From IMG/VR virus record IMGVR_UViG_3300019472_000019: DNA of 30,854 nucleotides; one strand, written 5' to 3'. Numbering within the stretch: position 1 is the stretch's first letter; the number at the start of each line of letters is the position of its first letter. Made by a program: the position numbers and the translations under genes. Positions 8,796 through 14,147 of the stretch are shown one piece after another. The notes beneath the pieces were generated by a model, which did no database searches, was not told the DNA's origin, and saw nothing but the letters and a program-made list of their open reading frames with translations. Origin of the DNA: a virus.

Positions 8796-8796
8796 A
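8776..8796 (-). repeat. Recombination site B (same 21-bp core, same orientation as A)
   Basis: Exact 21-mer; the 23-mer copy spans 8775..8797. Codon phase is the same, encoding IVLPRHL. Confidence 0.9.
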
Positions 8797-8880
8797 CCGT
8801 GTAACATTGTGAGTTTTCCACAGGTCTAATAGATGTGGTGAAAAATATTGAAAAATCTCTGACTTTTTTCATAAAAAGTG

Positions 8881-8909
8881 TTGACATACGGCAACACGTT
8901 TGCTATACT
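8881..8909 (+). promoter_or_regulatory. Strong sigma70-type early promoter P1
   Basis: TTGACA-17 nt (ending TTTGC)-TATACT. It has an extended -10 TG and shares its architecture with P2 and P3. Confidence 0.75.
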
Positions 8910-8915
8910 TAAGAC

Positions 8916-9135
8916 ATGGTTGAGGGGCAACCAAGCAACAATTAACAATTCGGCGGCAAAAGAAAGTAGGTATAAAAATGTTCAAATCAACCTTTCAGTT
9001 TTTCAGAATTAAAATCACTGTAAAATTGGAGATTGTAAATAAACAAAAAATCAAAACTAGAAAATAAAACCTAGAAAACACAAACACTAAAAATAAACAG
9101 CCCCTCAACCGCCGCCGCCAAGAAAGGATAAGAAA
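8916..9135 (+). promoter_or_regulatory. About 220-nt A-rich, G-poor 5' leader of the first early gene, closed by an 11-bp long-range stem
   Basis: GGTTGAGGGGC (8918..8928) is the perfect reverse complement of GCCCCTCAACC (9100..9110). The enclosed ~170 nt is very A-rich (for example CAAAACTAGAAAATAAAACCTAGAAAACACAAACACTAAAAATAAACA). Confidence 0.45.
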
Positions 9136-9564
9136 ATGGCAACATTTACAGGATGGTTTTACCGAGATAACCAACCAACTCAAGAAATACAATTTGAAGC
9201 AAGCGCTGATTTGCGAAACGACAAAGAAGAACTAGAGCAGATAATGCGCGCTGAACTTCGTAAAAGATTTAGCAAAAGTGAAAACTTAATCATTGAAGAT
9301 ATCTCTATTGAATTCGATGAAGAAGCTATGCTAGATCAGATTATCGATACTGTAAAGAACTTAGACAGATATGAAGATTATGAAGCGGTAGTTGATGAAG
9401 ACGGTACTATTCATTTTTACGACGATGACGATGAAGAGGCTGAGGTATTCGTTTCTAGCGAAGCTTTACGGGAAGCTATCGACTATATGCTACAGAACTG
9501 TACAGAAGAAGCTGAAATTCGCTACGATGGCTTGAAATACTTTATCGTCAATGCTATTTATTAA
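9136..9564 (+). CDS. Highly acidic early protein (142 aa), candidate DNA-mimic or anti-restriction protein
   Basis: First ORF downstream of P1. My hand count gives about 39 D/E against 13 K/R, including the run DDDDEEAE. It has no TM segment. Confidence 0.65.
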   Translation: MATFTGWFYRDNQPTQEIQFEASADLRNDKEELEQIMRAELRKRFSKSENLIIEDISIEFDEEAMLDQIIDTVKNLDRYEDYEAVVDEDGTIHFYDDDDEEAEVFVSSEALREAIDYMLQNCTEEAEIRYDGLKYFIVNAIY

Positions 9565-9612
9565 ATATTAACAGCCCCGCCCGAGGCATCGTATCGGGTA
9601 GAAAGGTAGAAT

Positions 9613-9759
9613 GTGAAAAATAAGCACATACATATAAAAGTTTCAGAGAGTGATCACGAGATGATCGTCAAGCGTGCCGCCGAGTTGAATATGACAGTTA
9701 GCGAATACATACGACGATTGGTCGTTGCTGACGTTGCTGTTGCGGAATCTAATAAATAG
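9613..9759 (+). CDS. Ribbon-helix-helix (CopG/MobC-like) DNA-binding protein, 48 aa; not in the ORF track because it is under 60 aa
   Basis: GTG start preceded by GAAAGG. The translation VKNKHIHIKVSESDHEMIVKRAAELNMTVSEYIRRLVVADVAVAESNK shows the beta-strand (IHIKV) then helix-helix pattern typical of RHH proteins. An intrinsic terminator follows. Confidence 0.6.
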   Translation: MKNKHIHIKVSESDHEMIVKRAAELNMTVSEYIRRLVVADVAVAESNK

Positions 9760-9803
9760 TGATAAACTGCAAACGCATGGTTTGAACATCCATGTACCTA
9801 TTC

Positions 9804-9829
9804 CGCCCTCTGAAAATGGGGGCGTTTTT
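9804..9829 (+). terminator. Intrinsic terminator after the RHH gene
   Basis: CGCCCTC-tgaaaat-GGGGGCG forms a 7-bp stem with one G-U pair, followed by TTTTT. Confidence 0.7.
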
Positions 9830-9830
9830 G

Positions 9831-9859
9831 TTGACAAGATGAAGCAGATTTGCTACAAT
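9831..9859 (+). promoter_or_regulatory. Strong sigma70-type promoter P2
   Basis: TTGACA-17 nt (ending TTTGC)-TACAAT. Confidence 0.75.
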
Positions 9860-9865
9860 CGACGG

Positions 9866-9881
9866 TGAACGTACAGGATTT
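9866..9881 (+). repeat. 16-bp element TGAACGTACAGGATTT at the P2 transcription start region (left copy of an inverted pair)
   Basis: An exact reverse-complement copy lies at 11875..11890. Both copies are preceded by GCTACAA and followed by AGCC in their own orientation. Confidence 0.7.
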
Positions 9882-9998
9882 TCAGCCCGCCCAGATGTAA
9901 ATCAGGGTGGGCTGTCTGTGTCTAGCCTCAAAAAATTGTTATCAATTTTAGAGGCTATTTTTGTTTGTCAAGAGCAGAATGGCGTTTTTGAGGGTAAA

Positions 9999-10376
9999 AT
10001 GGGGAATATAACCATAGACGAGCGACGAATTCAGAAAATGCAGCAGAGATTGGGTAAGGCGACAAAGCTAATCACTGACGACAACTATTTGCCGATGTTC
10101 AGGAATCGACAGATCAACTACGCTAAAGAGTTTGATTATTCGATTAAATTGGCGAAACGAAAACGTAATCCACGCAAGTACTTCGCGTTTATCTGGTCGA
10201 GTGCGAATCTGGCGAAAACAGTGGATTGGCTGCGCAAATTGATTGCTCAAGCGAAAGCAAAGGCAGCTGAGGAGCGCCACAAGCAGAAAATGCAAGAGCA
10301 GACAGCATTGTCACTAAATATCGCTGGATTAGAGGAACTAGCGCAGATGAAGCGCAGCTACAACCTGATAACGTAG
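9999..10376 (+). CDS. Hypothetical basic early protein (125 aa from ATG 9999; the track offers GTG 9918)
   Basis: GAGGGtaaaATG gives a good RBS for the 9999 start. The protein is K/R-rich and probably helical. I recognise no motif. Confidence 0.55.
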   Translation: MGNITIDERRIQKMQQRLGKATKLITDDNYLPMFRNRQINYAKEFDYSIKLAKRKRNPRKYFAFIWSSANLAKTVDWLRKLIAQAKAKAAEERHKQKMQEQTALSLNIAGLEELAQMKRSYNLIT

Positions 10377-10495
10377 CAATCACTGCTGACATTTCAACGT
10401 CGCTCGCGTAGCGGCTTGTTTGCGTTTGCCTGTATGCAAATATTATGCAATAATCCTAGATATATGCGAGTATTTGGGAGTTTTGTGTAATGGAA

Positions 10496-10518
10496 GCGGC
10501 CGTTTGGCCGTATTTTTT
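10496..10518 (+). terminator. Intrinsic terminator
   Basis: CGGCC-gttt-GGCCG stem-loop followed by TATTTTTT. Confidence 0.55.
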
Positions 10519-10632
10519 ATTCAAATTAATGCAAATCCGCCCGCCACCGCCCATTTTTGATAACAGAATTATCAGAAAATTAAATGTGAGGGTTCTATAT
10601 ACAATTGAGCTTTTAGAAGTTCAATATAAACA

Positions 10633-10644
10633 TTCTATATAGAA
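10633..10644. promoter_or_regulatory. Perfect 12-bp palindrome TTCTATATAGAA just upstream of the recombinase gene, with a half-site copy at 10592..10601
   Basis: GTTCTATATA (10592..10601) and TATATAGAAC (10636..10645) form a 10-bp inverted repeat. The second overlaps a self-complementary 12-mer 26 bp upstream of the ATG at 10671. Confidence 0.4.
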
Positions 10645-10670
10645 CTGGTTTTTTAAGTGGAGTTAAAATC

Positions 10671-11537
10671 ATGACGAAAAATACAATTATGCCAATCGAG
10701 CGAGCTTTTGACGAATATCTGGAGTACTGCGAGTTTACGCGCCGGATGAGTCGCCAAACATTGAGCGCTAAGCGGTGGGTGATGCGAGATTTTAGAACTA
10801 GCGTGCCAGCCAGCAGTCTGAGCGAAATTACGACGCAGCAGGTGAACGACTGGATTACAGAGCAGGCGCGGCGAGGTCTGAATAGCCGGACTATCAATAC
10901 GCGAATTTGCCATGTGGTGGCAATGTTCAGATATTTCAGAGATATGGGCGTGGAGATGCCTGAATTAAAGATTCGCCACATCGTTAAGCAGAAAGAGACC
11001 GAGCCGATTCGCCGCGTTTTCTACACGAGAGAGCAAATCGAGCAGGTGTTGGGATATTGCAATCAGATTCAGTGGTTGTTAGTTAAATTGTCGTTTGACT
11101 GTGGCTTACGAATCACTGAGCTAAGGAACTTAAGGCTAATGAATATCAGCGACAGGATGATTGTATTTACTGGCAAGGGTGCCAAACGGCGGGAGGTACA
11201 TATGAGTCGAGAAGCTCGCGAAAGATTGACGCAGTGGATCGTTAGTCAGCGTATTGATGATTATTTGTGGCAGAAGTTGAGCGGCACACTGCTCAGCGTC
11301 GAGGAGCTGAGGCATTTAATGCGTCAGCCGTTCTATCTGGCTGGATTTCGCAATTTTCACCCGCACGCTTTGCGGCACTCATTTGCTACAGACATTCAGC
11401 GAAATGGGGCGACGCTAATGGAATCACAGGAGATGCTCGGTCATTCAAACGCGGTAATTACGCAGCGATATTTGCATGGACTGGACGGCCAGATGGCAGC
11501 GTGCTTTGAAAGATTGAAATTTAGCGCAACATCATAA
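10671..11537 (+). CDS. Tyrosine site-specific recombinase, XerC/XerD-like (288 aa)
   Basis: The N-terminal SAM-like core-binding region begins ERAFDEYLEYCEFTRRMSRQTL. The full catalytic set is visible: R in GLRITELRNL, K in GKGAKRR, HxxR in HALRHSFAT, H in LGHSN and Y in QRYLH. There is no extra arm-binding N-terminal domain. Confidence 0.9.
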   Translation: MTKNTIMPIERAFDEYLEYCEFTRRMSRQTLSAKRWVMRDFRTSVPASSLSEITTQQVNDWITEQARRGLNSRTINTRICHVVAMFRYFRDMGVEMPELKIRHIVKQKETEPIRRVFYTREQIEQVLGYCNQIQWLLVKLSFDCGLRITELRNLRLMNISDRMIVFTGKGAKRREVHMSREARERLTQWIVSQRIDDYLWQKLSGTLLSVEELRHLMRQPFYLAGFRNFHPHALRHSFATDIQRNGATLMESQEMLGHSNAVITQRYLHGLDGQMAACFERLKFSATS

Positions 11538-11596
11538 CAATAGAGGTAATGGTGCGGACTTTTCCACAGTTTTCGTATCATTTTTGCCCATTTTAT

Positions 11597-11627
11597 AACG
11601 CAAGCGTATTGACAGAACGCTTGCGTT
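11597..11627. promoter_or_regulatory. 11-bp perfect inverted repeat bracketing the -35 of P3; operator, and/or terminator hairpin for the recombinase transcript
   Basis: AACGCAAGCGT (11597..11607) and ACGCTTGCGTT (11617..11627) flank the 9-nt loop ATTGACAGA, which contains most of TTGACA. TTTG follows the stem. Confidence 0.55.
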
Positions 11628-11637
11628 TTGCTATACT
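11609..11637 (+). promoter_or_regulatory. Strong sigma70-type promoter P3
   Basis: TTGACA-17 nt (ending TTTGC)-TATACT. The -10 region TTTGCTATACT and the following AAGACA match P1. Confidence 0.75.
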
Positions 11638-11643
11638 GAAGAC

Positions 11644-11851
11644 AGTTCAGATGAGCGGCGACTGTCGCCATCAACGGCCTTTAACATCACTGGAAAAAAC
11701 AAGATTCATGGTTGAGCGGTTTGCTCTATCATGTAATATTTTTCAGTGATATAATTATATCACGAAATAATCTTACATGATATAAACAGCGACTACCTCT
11801 GTTAGTCAAATCTATCGACCATGAATCGACTTCGCGTCGATTCTTTTTTTT
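11644..11851 (+). ncRNA. Candidate ~205-nt non-coding RNA, bounded by promoter P3 and an intrinsic terminator
   Basis: There is no RBS-preceded ORF. Track ORF 11549..11749 begins upstream of the promoter. Structural elements are the GGCGAC-t-GTCGCC hairpin (~11655..11667), a long imperfect hairpin CATGTAA...GTGATATAatTATATCAC...TTACATG (~11730..11779), and the terminator at 11823..11851. Confidence 0.5.
11823..11851 (+). terminator. Intrinsic terminator of the P3 transcript
   Basis: GAATCGAC-ttcgc-GTCGATTC forms an 8-bp stem, followed by an 8-T run (TTTTTTTT). Confidence 0.85.
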
Positions 11852-11874
11852 ATTTGACGTAAAAATGAGGCTAG

Positions 11875-11890
11875 AAATCCTGTACGTTCA
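11875..11890 (-). repeat. 16-bp element, right inverted copy
   Basis: AAATCCTGTACGTTCA is the reverse complement of 9866..9881. Confidence 0.7.
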
Positions 11891-11976
11891 GCATTTGTAG
11901 CTTCATCAAACGTCAGAGGTATGTTTTTGGCAAAAAACGGAGAGTTGGCTAGGAATAATTAGCAACCACGTTCAAT

Positions 11977-12005
11977 TTGTCAGGATGTACAGGCGAAGAT
12001 ATCTA
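11977..12005 (+). promoter_or_regulatory. Candidate promoter for the 12062.. early operon
   Basis: TTGTCA-17 nt-TATCTA. The spacer contains GATGTACAGG, a partial copy of the 16-bp element. Confidence 0.35.
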
Positions 12006-12061
12006 ACAAGTATGAGAGTGACTGCGAGCACTCTTGTACGTAAAACGAAAGGAGCTGAAAA

Positions 12062-12271
12062 ATGGCAGCGAAAAACAAACAGATCAAAAAAATCATTAGC
12101 TGGGTAGTTGGTTTACCGGCGGCGCTAATTGCAATCAGCGAGCCAACAGACTTGCGCCTCTGGTGGGTGCAGTTCGTGGCAATCGCGGTGCTGGCGGTCG
12201 TATTGTTCGCTAACGGCGTGTTCGACGAAACTATCCAAGAATTAAAATCGCGAAAGGAGATTTGGCGATGA
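12062..12271 (+). CDS. Small membrane protein (69 aa, two TM helices)
   Basis: AAAGGAG RBS. The hydrophobic segments are IISWVVGLPAALIAI and WWVQFVAIAVLAVVLFANGV. Confidence 0.6.
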   Translation: MAAKNKQIKKIISWVVGLPAALIAISEPTDLRLWWVQFVAIAVLAVVLFANGVFDETIQELKSRKEIWR

Positions 12272-12468
12272 AGATACACGTAAACGTGATACCGTCACCA
12301 GCTGAACTGGTGACGGTACATAAGCGCGAGCCTATCAACAGAGTGATTGACAGGCTGCGCAAGTTGGACGACCATGACTTCGACAAGTCGGTCAAAGCAG
12401 CGAAGTGGTTGCGGATTTTCGACAAAGGAATGAAGTGGATTGAGGGCAAGTTTTATGGACGAAAATAG
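12268..12468 (+). CDS. Hypothetical protein (66 aa)
   Basis: The ATG at 12268 makes an ATGA overlap with the upstream stop and is preceded by AAGGAG. Confidence 0.5.
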   Translation: MKIHVNVIPSPAELVTVHKREPINRVIDRLRKLDDHDFDKSVKAAKWLRIFDKGMKWIEGKFYGRK

Positions 12469-12538
12469 TTTGCTGGAGAAATTAGAAAACCTAATCGATC
12501 CGACATTTCTCGACCGAGCTTTGGCTGGGGAGGCGTAA

Positions 12539-13306
12539 GTGGCGGACGCTTACTATAGCCGACCAGAGTGGTCATACTCATCAATGAAGCTGATTCTCGA
12601 TCACGGTATCGATTATGCAGTTGCCGCTAAACGTGGAGACCTGCCAGACCTAGACAGCAAAGCTATCGATCTTGGTCAGCTGGTCCATATGCTGGTGCTC
12701 GGCGGTGAAGATCAGTTCGCTATTAGCCCGTTTGAAAACTTCTACTCGAAAGAATCCAAGGCTTGGCGTGACGAGCAGAAAGCCGCTGGCAAACACATTA
12801 TCACTCTAGGCATGTTCAAGGCTGCTGATCAGATCTTGAAGAATATTGAGAATCACCCGCTGGCGAAGCAATACATTTTCGCCAAAGGCGCAACCTTTGA
12901 GCACGAAATGTATGCTCGAACGTCCGATGGCGTAGACATGAAAGGTAAGGCTGATGTACTGATTCACACTAATGAATCGGCCATGATAACCGACCTGAAA
13001 ACTACCGCAAAGTTCGACAAGTTTTTCAAAACCGCGCAGTCAATGCACTACGATTTGCAGTCAGCAGTTTACACGCTGGTGACGGCATCAAGCTTAGAGC
13101 TAGACCCGGCGCTAGTCAAGTTTGCCTACTGTGTGGTTGAGTCCGTCGCACCATACCGCGTGCAATTCATGATTGCCGGCATTGACTTTGTTGAAGCTGG
13201 CGAACGCAAGCTGCGTACGTGTGTTGACGAAATCATAAAGTTTGGCGACAGCGAGCCGAATTTCCTCATTGAAGAGGTGAGGGAGCTGGGCGATTGGAGC
13301 CTGTAA
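12539..13306 (+). CDS. PD-(D/E)XK family exonuclease (RecE/DUF3799/Cas4-like recombination nuclease)
   Basis: GTG start after GGGGAGG. The motifs are GKADVL...ITDLKT (D...DxK) followed by QSAVY (QxxxY). It lies just upstream of the Sak4-like ATPase and SSB. Confidence 0.7.
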   Translation: MADAYYSRPEWSYSSMKLILDHGIDYAVAAKRGDLPDLDSKAIDLGQLVHMLVLGGEDQFAISPFENFYSKESKAWRDEQKAAGKHIITLGMFKAADQILKNIENHPLAKQYIFAKGATFEHEMYARTSDGVDMKGKADVLIHTNESAMITDLKTTAKFDKFFKTAQSMHYDLQSAVYTLVTASSLELDPALVKFAYCVVESVAPYRVQFMIAGIDFVEAGERKLRTCVDEIIKFGDSEPNFLIEEVRELGDWSL

Positions 13307-13319
13307 AAGAAAGGAGAAT

Positions 13320-14147
13320 ATGAAAGTCTTTAATAGTTTAGATCCGACCGAAAAACCATCGATTCTGATGGTTGTGTATGGTGAGGGCGGCGTTGGTAAA
13401 ACAACGTTTGCAGCCACCGCACCACGACCGATTATCGCTGACTGCGAGAACGGTAGCAAATACTTCGGACTTCGCGGCATTGCAGCCGACGTAGCGCTGA
13501 TCGAAAAATGGGACGATATGCAGGAGTTTATGCAGATCGCACTCACTGACAACTACGATACGGTGATCATCGATCCAATTGGCGAGCTGATGGAGAAGTT
13601 GATTGCCTACATGCGAAATAGAGCCGACAGCAAATTGGTCCAGCGTGACGGCAACCCGACAATGGCGGGCTGGGGCTGGTTGAAATCAACCATGCGAACA
13701 TTCTTGAAAACCATGCGTGATAGCGGTAAGCATATCGTTATCGTGGCTCACGTTCAAGAGAAAGACGATGATGGCCGAGTTATTAAACGCCCAATGGTAG
13801 CCACAAGGCTATCTGAGGAGCTGGTCAATCTGGTGGACATCGTCGGCTACATGACAACGATCAATGATAGCGAAACCGGCGACACCAAGCGACTGATTAT
13901 CGTTGATCCAGCCAGCGACAAATACGTCGCAAAAGACCGTACTGGCCGACTGGGACGTTACATTGAACCAGACTTTACGAAGATCGTCGATGGCGTTCGG
14001 GGCGACGCTGAGTATGCGTGGATCACGGCAGCACCAGTATTGGCAAGCCGAGAGCAAATCGAAGCAGCCGCTAAGCCAACCATTCCAAGCTCACGCGTCG
14101 AAATGACGGACGCTCGCCTTGGTAAATCTGAAGCAAACAGGAAATAA
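13320..14147 (+). CDS. Sak4-like RecA-fold ATPase (AAA_24 family) recombination protein
   Basis: Walker A appears in ILMVVYGEGGVGKTTFAATAP and Walker B-like sequence in DTVIIDPIGEL. It sits in a phage recombination module. Confidence 0.75.
   Translation: MKVFNSLDPTEKPSILMVVYGEGGVGKTTFAATAPRPIIADCENGSKYFGLRGIAADVALIEKWDDMQEFMQIALTDNYDTVIIDPIGELMEKLIAYMRNRADSKLVQRDGNPTMAGWGWLKSTMRTFLKTMRDSGKHIVIVAHVQEKDDDGRVIKRPMVATRLSEELVNLVDIVGYMTTINDSETGDTKRLIIVDPASDKYVAKDRTGRLGRYIEPDFTKIVDGVRGDAEYAWITAAPVLASREQIEAAAKPTIPSSRVEMTDARLGKSEANRK

Larger units (their letters stand above)
6660..8807. mobile_element. Multi-inversion (shufflon-like) RBP switching locus: cassette A, site A, constant part with promoter, site C, cassette C, cassette B, site B
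   Basis: Three in-phase copies of a 21-bp site in the orientation pattern reverse/forward/reverse. Each is followed by an equal-sized open C-terminal cassette. See finding 1. Confidence 0.75.

Noticed and set aside
7021-8796. Deletion between the directly repeated sites A and B as the functional reaction
   Set aside because: It would remove the promoter, the 93-aa gene and the RBP N-terminus, which is a dead end. Shufflon-type recombinases are known to be restricted to inversion by site asymmetry. It could still occur as a rare by-product, and this is checkable in reads.
6660-8807. Diversity-generating retroelement (template/variable repeat) as the explanation for the RBP repeats
   Set aside because: The genome contains no reverse transcriptase. 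The repeats are short exact 21-mers at cassette boundaries, not ~100-bp A-mutated TR/VR pairs.
8915-8924. CATGGTTGAG shared between the P1 leader and the P3 RNA (11707..11716)
   Set aside because: Hundreds of chance 10-mer matches are expected in a 30-kb genome, and the match does not extend.
9643-9837. 64-aa minus-strand ORF
   Set aside because: It is antisense to the RHH gene and runs through a + strand terminator and promoter. The + strand 48-aa RHH ORF has an RBS and a recognisable fold pattern.
11549-11749. 66-aa + ORF across the P3 region
   Set aside because: It starts upstream of the consensus promoter and spans the promoter itself. The internal ATGs (11651, 11709) have no RBS. I treat the region as non-coding RNA.
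12454-12537. 27-codon ORF (MDENSLLEKLENLIDPTFLDRALAGEA) filling the gap before the exonuclease gene
   Set aside because: It has no clear RBS, is very short, and overlaps the end of the preceding ORF. It cannot be supported without comparative data.
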